From assembly GCA_964252035.1 (NCBI GenBank), contig OZ176201.1: a stretch of DNA of 64,000 nt, one strand, 5' to 3'. Source of the DNA: Podarcis erhardii (taxonomy: Eukaryota). This document shows positions 1 through 13,344 of this stretch, piece by piece. Below the pieces are notes generated by a model. That model had not been told where the DNA came from and did no database searches. It saw only the letters and a list, made by a program, of their open reading frames with translations. The position numbers were made by a program, and so were the translations under genes. The first letter of the stretch is position 1. Every line of letters starts with the position of its first letter.

Positions 1-3000
1 GGTGTGTTTGCTATCTTCAGACAGAGCTTGTGTTTATGACCATGTTATATATCTGCAGAGAGCCCAATAAAGCATGTAAACGCCATTATTGAAGGAATTT
101 CGAGTCTGCAGCATCAGGTGGGTGGTTGGGGAGTCAGGAAATGCCAATAATAAGTTTGCTTGTGTATTTAGCTTCCTTGTGTATAGTGCTGTCATCTGAT
201 CATCTTTTCCAAAATGACATAGGAAGTTTGTAATGCAGCCAAGAGATAGTAGGCAATAACAGCAGGGACAAAGGGCTAAAATCTTTTTATCCAGCATAAA
301 ATAATTGATCTGTTGAATTACAGTTCGGTGGAGTCTCAACACAGTGGGAAGTGGGTCAAGTTGTTGTCCTTTCAGAATATGAACCTGATAGAATTGTTCA
401 ATTATCCATGAATACACGAGTGGTAAATAGCAGCATCAAACAAAAGAATAGTATTTGCTGCCAGTGATTTACCTAACCATTTGGGGCAGATTGGCCACTA
501 GCCACCATCTATTTGTGGCAGGAAGCTCTGGATACAGATACCAGTTCATGGGAGGGCTTTCTTTTCTTGGCAAGGCAAGTCTGTTTGTTTAGTTGCTATA
601 GTCTGGAAAGATTCACATTTAAGATTGAAAATTAGTCGCAGGACAATCCTATGCATGTTACTGAGAAGTAAGTCCCACAGATTTTAATGGGACTTACAGG
701 CAGTCAAGACTGCAATCCTGAATGCACTTACCTGAAAGTAAGTTCTTCATAACATGTACAGGAGTGCACTGTGCAGTCTACTTGATGCCATAGAGGTGTC
801 CATGCTAATATCACTTCTGAACATGGGTCATTCTCCAGTTTCTAGCATTCACAGGTGTTTATTGTACTTCTCCAGCTGTGCTAGTTGGCAGAACTGTCTG
901 TGGCTGATGGGAGTTGTTGTTTGGAACATCTGGAAGGTACCAGGTTGGAAAAGCTGGTCTACACTAACACCTATTCATCCTTTTGCAAGTTCCATCCTGA
1001 GTTTCTGAACTTCCCAAAGGTGATTTGTGCTTTTGTTAGCTGATGCTTGGGAATTTTTTCTTTATGAGATAGCACCTCTTGTAGAGCAGGTTGCTTGTGT
1101 CTGATGGTTAGCCAACACCCAACTGAATTTCTTCCCTGTACAAGGGGATGGTGTCTGACTTCCTTCAGAGCAGCACTAACATTATGATGACCTCTTTTTA
1201 CTGGGTTGAGTCAGGCCCTTTTACTGATGGTTTGTATCTCTTTTAATAGCTGCGTTGTTTTTAACACAGAAAGTTTTCACCTTTATCACTGCTTATTGTA
1301 CAGCTCTTACAATTTCATTGTTGAGTTGTGTGTTTTTGTTTTTCTCATAATAATCCATGTTGCATGTCATGTGAGCAGCGGAGAGGATGTCTTTTTGTGT
1401 GCTCTTCCTTGGGAAGGAGTATTACTTGTGGGTCAGCACTTCATTACCCATGTTATGCAATCACTCTGCAACTCACTGTTTGCTACTCCAGACTTGACCT
1501 AGTTTACATGATTTTCCCTGGGTTTCATTTGTGGGCCATCTTAAGAGTCCATTCTGTTTTCTGAATCCTCCTGCTGTATGTCTGGGACACATTTAAGGCA
1601 AGTGTGTTCCCATAAGCTCAAGATTTCTAATTTGGAAAGAAGTCCAGAGCTACAAGTAAAGAAACCAGAAAATTGTTTGCATGGAATAATAATAATTTGA
1701 ATGCTAAGTGAGGAAAGAATTAAGTAGCTATTTACACATGGCATCAGAATGATCTTTTTGCACCTGTGTTCTAGGTGTATAAATGAAAACTCCATGCTAC
1801 TGAGTTGTGTAACATGGTTTTAAAGAGTTTTTCCCTTTTATAAATATCAGGTTTGAATTTTCTTCCTGTGTTCTTCTGCAAAGCTACTGCTCAAGTTTGG
1901 CCTACACCTATGGTTAATAAATCACTGAGGATGCTCATCAGTGGCCAGGATGTGTAAGCCAGGAACACATTATCATCTTATCTCCTGTTTTTATATTGTT
2001 GTATATTCTCTAACCATGTTACATTTTAAGATTCTTCCCTGAATAATCCAGCCTAGTGCTGTGACTGACTTACATGAGATGGAGTGAATATGAGCAGAAT
2101 TCTCAATGAGAAATTAGCTAGAGTAATTATTAGTATTTGAGTAATTAACAGCATCAGGATAAGGAGAAAGGTTAATAAGGGGCTTTTTTTGGTAAATGTT
2201 TATTCCCCTGGGTGGAAGTGTGGAGGGCAGGAAGGAGGATGTTTCTTAGGAGTGTTGCTCTGATTTACAGATACCCTTCTTCACATCTCATGCCTCTGTA
2301 CCTTCCCACACCTGGTGGGAGATGGGGTGTGGAAGAACCTAGATGGATAGGACTCCTTCACAGTGCCACTGTGCCTTAATAGTTGCTTTCAAATAAGGAT
2401 CAAGAAACTGTCAAATTCCAGCTGTGTTAGAGCCCTACCCTGCTTCAAGCAGGTGAAGGTGGAACAGTCCTGGAGAGGTGTGAGCTGTAAGTCATTTACT
2501 GCATCTCACCCCGTGCTTCTGGTACTGAATTTGGTGTATATATATCCTTCTCAAATGCATTGTAGTTCCCTGTTCCTTCCTCTGCTTAAGAGGCCTGTTT
2601 CCTTAGTTTCCTACTGAAAGTGTTTTTGCCTACACTGCAAATGAAGTTCTAGGAGATAAAACCAGAATTCCCTCTGGGACAATAGGAAAGAGACCAAAAC
2701 TGTTAACACATTGTGGCAGGTGTGCCCACTCCTCTATGAATGCCTGGAGGAAAGCAAATACGAAGTGTGGCAAAAGCATCTACAGCTGTCCTTAACACTT
2801 TAACGAAAACAAAGAACAAAAAGCATCTTGTCCATGGGTTTTTGTAATCTGACTCCTTGAGCAGGAGCAGCTTGCACAGCACATATTTGTCGGTGCTCTT
2901 ACTGTGCCAGAAGTCTTCTGGTTTTTCCTGCGCAAGACTCTCGGTCCCCACCATATCTAGCTTTCTTTTCTTCTTTTTGGAAGTATAGAGGTGCAGACTT

Positions 3001-3202
3001 GCAAACAGCCATTCACTTTCCCCCCACAGCAAGTAAGAATCATTGCTGCACAACCAGTCAGAGCAACTCTGTATAGTAATGAGATCTTGCTGAACATGTT
3101 GCAAAAGCATCATGTTTGTTGCTTGGTTGTTGCCACTATTGCATGATGATAAACATGCACCTGATCGTATGCATTGACAATTCTATGACCCTATGAAACC
3201 AC

Positions 3203-3395
3203 AGGAACACAGGAAGCTGCTTTATGCTGAGTCAAACAATTGGTCCCTCTAGGTTAGCATTGTGTACATAGACTGGCAGCAGCTCTCCAGGGTTTCCGAA
3301 TGGGATCTCTTCCAGGCTTACCTGAAGATGCTGGGGATTGAGCCTGGGACCTTTTGCATGCAAAGCAGATACTCTGCTGCTGAGCAGCAACCTTT
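3203..3395 (-). mobile_element. tRNA-derived SINE (Squam3-like)
   Basis: gggattgagcctgggaccttttgcatgcaaagcagatactctgctgctgagc is a reverse-complemented tRNA-like head; tail aggaagctgctttatgctgagtc. Confidence 0.7.
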
Positions 3396-4079
3396 CTCTC
3401 TGGCCCTGTTTATTTTTCCAACTTTCTTACCTGGGCAATTACAAACTTCCCATGAAAGTGATTACTCTTAAAGGGTATTTCTGTCTTCAGCATGGGTCTC
3501 TATACTCACCCCAGGGCTCCCTAGTAAAACCCACCCCCGCAGATGTTGCCTTTGTTCTAATGTGAATAAATCTGAATAAATCAGAATATTACCATGGTAG
3601 CCAAACTCAAGTCCAAATCTGGACTAATTCCACTCTAATGTGCAGAGTTTGCCTACACTGCATATGAATTTCAAGAATAACTGCCAGAATGCCCTCTGGT
3701 TCCATAGGATTGCCCCCACTTGTCCCAAGCAGTGGCTCTCTATTCTGCTTAGCTAGAGAACAGGCATCAGCACAGCACTGGAGCAGAAGTCTAGTTTTTG
3801 ACTTCCATAGACAGATCCTTCTCCTGTTCAGGTATAGTAAGTCACTATTGCCTTTGCTACCTCTGCTGCAGGTTAGACACCTGTGGAGTAACATAACCCT
3901 TCTCTTACAGGCCACTCTTCTCTTACAGGCCACTCAGAGGTAAGTTCCATTGTGTCCAGTAAGTGTGTTTAGATTTGGGGCCTAAGTTCCCTATGGACAT
4001 TACGGGAATTTCCTCCTCTTACGGAACAGGTACCTAAGCTTAAAAAACAAGTGTCAGTTTGTGCGATGTCCCACAGACC

Positions 4080-4645
4080 CAGAGCTTGGAAAGTTTATTT
4101 CAAAAAGTAACTAGTTATAGTTCAACATATAAAAAAAAACCCCACCCCACCCCGGCCCTCCCCTAATTGCACTTGATGTTTGTCCCTTTGCAAAATAGAC
4201 TAGTTCAGTTCACATTCAGTTCAGATTCATCCAAATAATCCTTGGTAAGTTTTTTCAGCATTTAGAATGTTACAAGCTTCTGAGCTGAAGTGTAAGATAC
4301 AAAAACTAAGAAACTAAGAAAAGAAACACATAGTGAAATGTGAATTGTTTATAAAAATCCCCCCCCCCCATTTTTGCTCTTTCAGCTTTAAGGCCCAAAG
4401 AGTCTATAGAGGTTTTTTAATAAATAAAAATAAAAAATCAAAGGGAGGAGCCACCCAAAATTATCTCACCCTTTTGTCAGGCTTTAGACTGAACTAGAAA
4501 TCGTTCAAGTTCTATCCCAATATGAACTTAATTAATGTACACTTCACACAGGCAATTATGGGAACTGCTTTCAGACGCAGTTCAGAGATTTTTGAACTAA
4601 TTCAGTGAATGTCATTAAAACCGAACTAGTTCCTACTAAGCACTG
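4080..4645. mobile_element. Possible degraded DNA transposon with actagttc/agttcag subterminal repeats
   Basis: Ends cagagcttgg / ctaagcactg (8/10 inverted); many (ga)actagtt and agttca motifs. No TSD. Confidence 0.3.
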
Positions 4646-4729
4646 AGCACACAGCAAGTCAGTTCAGATCCATCATATTTGTATTCTGCTTGGGGATCAG
4701 TGTGACACAGATGGAGTTCCCTCCCTATA

Positions 4730-4868
4730 CCCTCAGAACAGTCTTCTGAGGAAGGTTAAGCTGAGAGAGACTGTGGTTGACCTAAGGTCACCCAGTCAGC
4801 TTCACGGCTGATCAGGGATTTGAGCCCAGCCCCAAACACAGCATGCTATCTTCTGTGCCACCCTGGCT
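4730..4868 (-). mobile_element. CORE/MIR-like SINE fragment
   Basis: gaggaaggttaagctgagagag..cctaaggtcacccagtcagcttc..gggatttgagccc. Confidence 0.6.
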
Positions 4869-5349
4869 CTGATAGCTGCTTTATTGATGCCGTTGTACAG
4901 GCTTTTTATGTTTTGCTATTGGAGATCTCATCCACTTACCTAGCACTACATGGCGGATTAATATAATTGTAGAATTACCCCAGTAGTTAAATGTTACTGC
5001 TGGAATGACTTAACACACCCACAGATCGATTTCAAAACTAGGGTAAGAGTGTATTGATCGATTGTGCTGTGAATACAGTCCATAAAATGACCGGAAGGGT
5101 GCATTCGACATGACAGTGCATCTTAGGTGAAATTGTTGCCATGTTGAAGAAAAGAAGAGCCTATATCCAGCTTCTCACAGGTAGTGCCTGTAGCTGAAAA
5201 AGCCACCAATTATAGTCCCAGATAATAACAAGTATAAAATAGGTATAATAATGTATTTTTTAGCAAACCAGTGGGTTTTTATAGAAGTATGCAATGTTTA
5301 GAGTCGTAATGAGTTCCTTATCAGATATAATGGACTCTCTTTATAACAG

Positions 5350-5470
5350 ATGTGGCTAACGTGGCCCTACAGTTGTGGACTTCGGCTCCCATCAACTCTA
5401 GCCAGCAGGACCAGTGGTGAGGGATGGTGGGAGTTGTAGTAGTCCAGGTACCTCTGGAGGGCACAGGATA
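5350..5470. mobile_element. Degenerate palindromic hAT MITE (family of 47666-47801); further remnants at ~860-960, 12760-12850, 18715-18810, 33010-33180, 37795-37985 and 54310-54440
   Basis: Recurrent motifs ggactacaactcccatc / gatgggagttgtagtcc / gccctccag. Confidence 0.55.
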
Positions 5471-5494
5471 GCTATCCTTTTCAGAATGAGAGAC

Positions 5495-5600
5495 AGAAGT
5501 GAGCTACAGTGGACAGAAAGTCAGACTTGGACCAGGGAGAACTGGGTTCAAGTCTCCACTCAGCCACAAGGCTCAATGGCTGAACTTGGTCAGTCTTAAT
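5495..5600 (+). mobile_element. CORE/MIR-like SINE head
   Basis: agtggacagaaagtcagacttggaccagggagaactgggttcaagtctccactcagccac. Confidence 0.55.
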
Positions 5601-6959
5601 CTTCTTTTGGCCACAACTGAATACTTTTTGAATTCTGAAGGTGTGTTGGGCTTGGGATGGAACATACCTTCAGAAACAGGTTCCATCTCTTACGTTCTAC
5701 TGCTGATTTCTTCAGAGGACCAAGGAGAGCGTCTTAGTTGTGCCCCAAGTATCTTCAAGACATCAGCTCACACGCAGAGAGTCAACTCCACAACAGCATT
5801 CCCCTTGGAGTGCTGCTAAAGCTTGGAATCCGAACAGCTTCTTTTTGGACTAGGGCAACTTTGTGTTACACTTGTAAGCTACTTTGGATGTTTTAATAGA
5901 AAAGTGGTATGTATGTAAATATGGACAAGAATCTTTCGGAAGTATTCATAAGGCTTTTCATTTGGGCTGGTTTTGGATGTTTTGTGTGGGTGTTTATATT
6001 AGTTGTATCTGTTTTATATATTCTCCATTCGTATACGTTTTAATGTAATGTTCCTGGCACAGAGTCTTCGGAATTGGAGAGGCTTAAAAAAGAAAAAAGA
6101 TAAATCTCAGTTGCATGTACAAAGCGAGGTTGATTGCTAATGCAGATATTCTAGTAACTTCAGGTAGTGGCCTATTGACAAAGCTTTTAGCATTCAAATA
6201 GAAATAATTGACCAGCAGGGGGTTACAGACTCTTGTAATGACCTATATTTGATATGCAGGAGAAAGAGCTTGCGGAATCAATGGAAACTCCCCTTTCAGG
6301 GCCTTGGATTTCAGGCTAACTCAAAGACTCCTACATGTTACAATAGAAGCATGTGTTTAAAATGTAGCATATATCTGCTTGCTTCTGTCCTGTGCTCTGT
6401 GGCACAGCTTCCTTTCACTGTGTTTGCACGGTGGGAGACATGCAGCAGGGAGACAGGTCAATAGCGGCTCCCTGCTGTATGTTTGTGTGGTATACATGCA
6501 GTGAAAAAAAGCAGGTATGCCTGCCTCTTGTAAGGATGGTGCACTGAGGGAGGGAGGGACAGGCCCCTAGGAAGGATGAGGAGGGAGCTGTTGGCAACAA
6601 GGAACTCCTAGAGACGGGCCTGTGAGTGAAATAGTGATTTTAGTCAACCTGAGGGTCAGGCCCATCCATGGACTGGGATACGTTTTAGCACAGTAATTGG
6701 AGGGACCATTTGCAGGACTTCCAGCAGGAATTGGCAGCTGCAGAGACGCATTCCAGTGCTTCCCTCCATTTTTGCTGTGCAGCTGTCAGGCCGCGTGTGA
6801 GGGCTCCTCACAATTGCACCTGCATTCCTGGACACCTTCACCACAGGCCCAGGCCCTGTTCCCTGTAGGGGGCCAACCTCCCCACGTCTCTGCCTCTGTC
6901 TGTCAGCCTTCCTTAGCTCAGGGGTGTCTCTCTTAATCAAATACATTTGTTTTGTAAAA

Positions 6960-7290
6960 CTGACTAAAAATAATCCGGGGCTGGTGTGTGCTGGATGTTG
7001 GCGGTGAATCAAAGGCGCCGCTCTAATTAAACGGGCCCCAGTTTGTTTGTGAGCCGCATACATTTCCATGCTAATCAGCCACACGCCAGGATCCTGCCTC
7101 CTAAGCCCCACTTCCTTTGCCTGATTGAAAAGTATGCAAATGGACGGATGGAGTCTATTTATTGCAACGAGGGAAATGAAGCTGCAATGCGCGCTGTGGG
7201 GCTTTATTTGGGGACTAGGGTGGGGAAGCGCTTTGGTTGGGGGCGGGTTGTGAAGATGAAGGATGTCCCAGTTATTAAACATTGCCAGTG
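6960..7290. promoter_or_regulatory. Candidate intronic enhancer (CpG-rich, clustered TF motifs)
   Basis: 13 CpGs in ~275 nt, no recognisable TE. TAATCC 6971, ATCAAAG 7008, TAATTA 7024, TGATTG 7122, ATGCAAAT 7134. Confidence 0.45.
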
Positions 7291-9220
7291 GAACTAGAGG
7301 AAACAAAATGAATTACTCATTTCCCACTAAGTAATAGCATAGCCAGGCACAAATTTGTTTTTGTTTTTATGTGGCTTTGAATCTGTCACTTAGACTTTTC
7401 TCCACGATTTACCTACTACTACTGAAATCCAGTGGGAATGAATGGAAGGCTCTCTGACCGAGGCCCTCTGTGCTTTTGCTTCCAAATCAGTAGATTATTC
7501 CCCTATACGGGGGCACCATGAGAAATTCTCCAAGAATGGGAACTACATGGATGGTAAAGTCAGGAGGTGGGGCTTGGTCAGGGCCTAAAATTGAACTATT
7601 GTTCTCTGTTGGACATTTGATGGGTGCTGTGTGGAAAGTGTTGCTTTCTATGTCTGGGGAAATAGAACTGCTATTTTCCTGGTTCCACTTCAGCTTTACA
7701 GACAGGTTTGTTTTGTGTAATGTAATGTGCTGGGTCCATCTTTTGGAGTGAGATTGAGGGTGATGGGTGCAGAATGAAGAATTCCCACTCTTACTGCCAA
7801 ATGTTGCACTTGCCTGACAGAAAGAATGGAGAAGCGGCTTCAGTACCAGGCGCAAGCGACAATGGTGTGATTTGGTGCGAATTTTATGTGCCCACATTTG
7901 GTTATCCAGGAAGCTGATAGGGTGAAATAGTTTCTGCTTTCCTATACACCTCTCTCTGTGTAGAAAAGTGCATACAACATGCATCACCCAGAAACATATA
8001 TAAAAGACAAACTGAATTTCTAGAGTCTGTTGGTAACTCATGTTAGCTACTGCTAGCATGGTCATAATAAATTAATAATAAATTTTTATTTATACCCAAG
8101 CAGATACTTTCTGGGCAAGTAAATGACTCATGCTCAGCAGCCAGGTGGCAGTTAACTTTAGAGAATTAACCCTATTGTATTTGCTCCCTGTCGTGGGTTG
8201 GCTGTGACCCTGGGGTGCCTTTTTAATGTGGTTATGGCTTCTATAGTGAAAGCAAGGTCTTTAGGATAAGCTTTATTGTCACTGTGAGTGGTAATGAGAT
8301 TAGAGCATTTACTATATCCCTTGCCTAGAACAAAGGTGCTGGTTTACCTTCTCTTCTGTTATGAAATACAGGCTATGGGGAGGCGGAACATGGGTCCTTG
8401 ATCATAAAACAAAGGTGATTATATGTGTTAACTCTCCACTAATGTTACATTAAATGCACTATGCCGTTGGTACTTAGGGAAAGTGTGCTAGGCTATAAGC
8501 TTTTTGATGCTCCACCTTTTTTCCACACCAGAGAACATTTTAAGAACGGCACAATTGCTAGGTTGCTGGGAAAGTTCAGCAGGGGAGAAATGCTGATCAA
8601 AACAAAGCTTAAATAATCCAGGTGTGTGACAAATGGGGTTGTAATAGCTGTCCTGCAAGTGCGTGGAGAGAGTTAATGTTAAGATGAGCAAAACATTGCA
8701 TACAATGACCATATGACAAAGAAGCTAGGTTGTGATGATTGTGTTCATACAGATATTTGGCAATATTTCTGTAGTTGCACATTAGGTGGGATGAAGTTCC
8801 CAGTAGATTAAACTCTTCCTCCTCCTAGTGCTCTCCCAGTCTAGATATGTCATGGAAGGCTCACCCCAGTTAAAACAGAGCTTTGTGTTTCATCTCCTCT
8901 GCAATGCCTGTGTGGCTACCACTATTTCTCTGCACACCCCTTACCAGCCATTTGCACTTTCTTTGGAGCTATTAACACATTATCCAGAAGTCCCCTGCTT
9001 CATTTAAAGTTCATTAGATTTAATTGAAGAGCATTAATGTGCACTGAAGTGCATAATGTAGTTTTATTTTAAATGGAAACCAGGTGGAGCTATTTCTTGT
9101 CCTAACTCTTTCTCAAGGAGTAGTTTGATAAATGAATGGAGGCAAAAAAATAAAATAAAGGCAACTTGGATAAGGGTTCTAAAGCAGCAAAGGGATTGGG
9201 AGGGGCTCTTGTTGGCTGGC

Positions 9221-9313
9221 AAGATTAGGTTGATGGTTCATTATTTCCCCTTAAATAAAATATTTAGAAAAATGCATGAAAGATGGGTTTCTGTTTTGGA
9301 GAATCATCCTGAC
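9221..9313 (+). repeat. 93-nt host sequence identical to 27744-27836 (source copy)
   Basis: Read base by base: aagattaggttgatgg...gaatcatcctgac, 93/93 identical. Confidence 0.9.
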
Positions 9314-9637
9314 CAGGGGTAGGCAACCTAAGGCCCTGGGGGCCAGATGCGGCCCAATTGCCTTCTCAATCCAGCCCACGGACGTTCTGGGAATCAGCGT
9401 GTTTTTATATGAGTAGAATGTGTCCTTTTATTTAAAATGCATCTCTGGGTTATTTGTGGCGCCTGCCTGGTGTTTTTACAGGAGTAGAGTGTGTGCTTTT
9501 ATTTAAAATGCATCTCTGGGTTATTTGTGGGGCATAGGAATTCGTTCATTTCCCCCCCTTCAAAATATAGTCCGGCCCACCACATGGTCTGAGGAACGGT
9601 GGATCGGCCCACGGCTGAAAAAAGTTGCTGACCCCTG
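9314..9637. mobile_element. hAT-superfamily MITE, copy 1 (324 bp, with internal ~60-nt duplication)
   Basis: TIRs CAGGGGTAGGCAAC / GTTGCTGACCCCTG; perfect 8-bp TSD ATCCTGAC at 9306-9313 and 9638-9645. Confidence 0.88.
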
Positions 9638-9993
9638 ATCCTGACTCAGCATTTCCTTCTCTGCTTCTACCTGTGGCAGCCAAAACATGCTGTTGGGATG
9701 GGGTTCTTGGGATTTCCATTGGGCTGATTTATCAAACATCAGCGCATGACTTTGGCCTAGTTGGAAGTCATGAAGTTTTAAGGAACATGGTGGTGGTTGA
9801 CAGGGTAAGGGCTGACTATCATATACTGTATACTTAAAGCTCCTCATAGGTTTTTCTTTCTTTCTGTTCCCCCACCAGCTAGCTATGGTGTGTATTGGCA
9901 CATTATTCCTTTGCCACCCAAAAAAATGTCTCCCATCTTGATGATACTAGGCATCATAACAGCAAATGCTGACGCTGCTGCCTTTTCTTTCAG

Positions 9994-10134
9994 ATCCTTG
10001 TGGACCCTGCCAATCCCATTGGACGTTCAGCATTGCAGTATGAGAATGTCATAGCCCATGATGGCAGCTCCATCCTGCGGGACTTAGTGCTCAGCCCTGA
10101 TCTCCAGTACCTCTATGCTATGACTGAGAAACAG
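9994..10134 (+). CDS. PLXNA1: Plexin A1 coding exon (141 nt, phase 0/0), end of Sema domain: [47 protein letters not shown]
   Basis: Acceptor ccttttctttcag|ATC, donor CAG|gtaaga; 47 open codons. Confidence 0.95.
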
Positions 10135-12963
10135 GTAAGAACTTGAGTTTGTCCACAGTTGGCCCTTTTACGTGATTTTAAGCTTAGCAGTAATGAGGCA
10201 CAGCCCTTTCTCTCTGCATAGTACATCTGTGTGATATTTCTCCAGCACAGTGTGAGGCAGGACTGTCAGATTCTCAGAGCAACCAAATAAAAATACTTTC
10301 TTCGAATACATCACTCCCTTTATTAGTACAGTTCTGATTAGATGTCGAGCTCATGGAGTGATCATGGAGCTCATTGCAATAAAAGTGCTTGTGTGAGTGA
10401 TGGCCTACACCTTTACTTGATCTAACACCAGAGCGACAGCTCTCCTGAGGGCTCCTTTTTAATGAACAAGCAGATTCCGTCATCTGATGGGTGACAGCTT
10501 AGGCAGAACTCTGTGTGCGTTGAGTTTCAGCACGCCCTGCAAATGGACAGAATCAGCCAAATGTGCAAGTGTGTTAAAGCTCAGTGTGCGCTGCCAGCCA
10601 TCACATGATTGCATATTCCTACACATATGGTACAAGTGGTCATCACAAGCAAGGGCCTTGGCTGGTCATGAAAAAGGGGCTCTTGGTCCACTCATCTTAA
10701 CTCCGCAAGAAACTTCTCTGCTTTTTCTTTGGCAGCACAGTGCAAGTGCTGTACTTTGCCATTCCCCCCACCAACAACTAAAGACCCAAACTCAGCTTTC
10801 CTCGTTAAACCTTGCCAAAATTGGTATGGTGTGCATTAGTCACGAAAACATTTGTATTATCAGTTTAAGCTGCTTAATCCTTCTTGGGCTGCTGCGCATA
10901 TTATTAGTTACTCTTTTCCAGAATAACTAATAATATATACTGAGTGTCCGATGCCAAAATTATTATTTTTCTTTGTTTTCTTAGTCAATATAATTATCTC
11001 ATGAATGTAATGTTCAAACTTGGCAGAACAGTAGCAGACCAGTCACATATAAAGTGAGATCTCATCCTTAGAGTAAGTAATACATGGGTGTGGGTGTGGG
11101 AAACTTAAGCCTCTTCATGCCTACCACTCCATGCTTGTTTAAAGTTTCCCACAAGCACCTTTTACCCAGTTGATCTCACTCATTGAAATCAGGGGAATGA
11201 GAAAGCACTCAGTGGTGGAGGCCATAGGTAGACGGACCTTAGGTAGGTAAGCCACAAACAGTGGAAGTGCCTGGAAGCTCTGACCCATCCACCTTGTGTT
11301 CATGAAGCAGTGGGCCCTTGCTTTATACACGACTGAGGGAGACCTGGGTGTAAATGAATAGGTCTGCTGCTACCATGTCTGGTTTGGCTCTAAGAGTCCC
11401 CCCTCCCCCCCCCCATTTTGCTCTCAGGTTTCTTTTCATAGAATGAATAATATCTATTTGAGTCTGTCCTGAGGGGAAACAAACTTACTATTAGGAAGCA
11501 GATGAATCATGGGGACATGCAACATCTCTTCTAAAGCAGACTCATTAGGTCTGTTTTGCAAAAGCTCTGTCATTTGACAGATTGTCTCTGCTACAGGTAT
11601 TGGAGAAGTTTCTTTTGCACTCCTCCAGCAAGATAAACTGGTGTTTATATGAGTTAGGAGCACTGTGGCTGAGTAGCCCAACCTTAATTCTGTTGGGCTG
11701 CAGTTTCTTTACCTTTATTTTCCTCTTGCAGTCTGTCCTGTAGCTAGGTCTGAGGATCCTAACTGCCCACTAAACCAGGAGAGGGAGGACTTCAGCCATG
11801 CATGATTTACTTTGTGTTTTACTAGAACTCTGCCAGCCGGAGCCAGGTGCAAAAGACATACGCTTATAATTAAAGAGCTAGGTTCCTCTTAGCAGCTGCT
11901 GAGGACAGGGATTGTTTTGAGTATCAGAGCTGTTCTGAGCTCACAGCCCTTCTACACAAAAATTCAATCCCCAGTTGCCCAAAGCATACTTCAGTGCAGC
12001 AGTCTAATTTCAGGGAGTCATTTTGCTGTCTCTGTTGTTAAAGAATTGGGACTGAGAACTGCTTGCCGATCTACTGCGAATCACCAAAAGGTCTCCCAGT
12101 AGATCCTGATTTACTTTCTGCCCATGCCTGCTCTAAATGAGTGGTTTGGATCATTTGGGGTTTTCCTTTAATTAGGGGCCATTGGACCACAGGGGGGAAA
12201 TGTTGGGGACCAAAAAAGGTACCCCTCCTCTGGATAGGTTCACACTGGGTATTCAGTGTGAATCAGACCATGGGTTGGATGACATTAAAAAATGAACAAG
12301 ATCCAGGCTGCAGACTCCTCATCCCTGCTCTAGACTGATTGTGTACAACTGGAATAAGTGGATCTTACAAATTAGCATCTAGAGCTGCTATCATAGGAGA
12401 TCCACCTCTCCCTATTTAGGCACTGTTCTAGGTTTCCTGAAGCATTGTTACTTATTTTTAAACCTGTTATCCCACATTTTGTCCACATAGAACTTTAGAG
12501 TGCTGAGCAGCATAAAAATAGAAAAAATAATCAAAGCAACATCAAGACAGCATAATGAAAACATAAAATAATTCAGAGTCAGAGAACTGGAAGGTCTTTG
12601 CCCTTCTCATCAGCAGATCAGGATCAGCATAGGTTCAGCCAACTCCAGAAGCCTCCACGAATAGCCAGATGTTCACATGCATATAACGATGGGTTCACAC
12701 AGGTGTTTGGCCAATGGCAGTGTTCTTCTTCCTCCCTCTTCCCACTGCCACGCCTCTTGGACAGGGGTAGCTAATATGGTGCCCTCCATATGTTTTTGGA
12801 CTCCAACTGCCATCAGCATGGTCAGAATGAATGCAAGTTGTAGTTCAGCCTTGTTGGCTACCCGTGATTTAGGGTCCTAAAGATAAAAACTAGCACCTTG
12901 GGTTGAGGCTGGAAGTGTACAGTATCACTGAAGATCAAACAGGACCAGATAGGTATGCTCTAT

Positions 12964-13344
12964 CAGGGTGGCTCTGTGGTCTAAACCACTGAACCTCTTG
13001 GGTTTGCTGATCGGAAGATTGGCAGTTCGAATCCACTTGACAGGGCGAGCTCCTGTTGCTCTGTCCCAGCTCCTGCCAACCTAGCAATTCGAAAGCATAC
13101 CAGCCTGAGTAGATAAATAGGTACTGCTGCGACGGGAAGGTAAACGGTGTTTCCGTGCGCTCTGGCTTCCATCACTGTATTCTGTTGCGCCAGAAGCATT
13201 TTAGTCATGCTGGCCACATTACCCAGAAAGTTGTCTGTGGACAAACGTCGGCTTCCTTGGCCTGAAAAGCAAGATGAGCGCTGCACCCCATAGTTGCCTT
13301 TGATTGGACTTAACCATCCAGGGGTCCTTTACCTTTACCTTTTT
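12964..13344 (+). mobile_element. Sauria-type SINE (Squam1-like), near full length
   Basis: tRNA-like head gggtggctctgtggtctaaacc..gcagttcgaatcc, characteristic body, and a Bov-B-like tail ending ggggtcctttacctttacctttt. Confidence 0.8.

Noticed and set aside
6656-7306. 216-aa ORF on the - strand
   Set aside because: No recognisable homology or splice context; GC-rich sequence lowers stop-codon frequency.
7487-8065. 192-aa ORF on the - strand
   Set aside because: No recognisable domain; consistent with chance in 64 kb.
8137-8150. CTCF-like motif CAGCCAGGTGGCAG
   Set aside because: A single imperfect match next to a repeat tail; not distinguishable from chance without data.
1-9993. Preceding PLXNA1 Sema-domain exon (..DDNFCGLDINQPLGG..)
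   Set aside because: No matching peptide was seen in any frame; it must lie upstream of the window.
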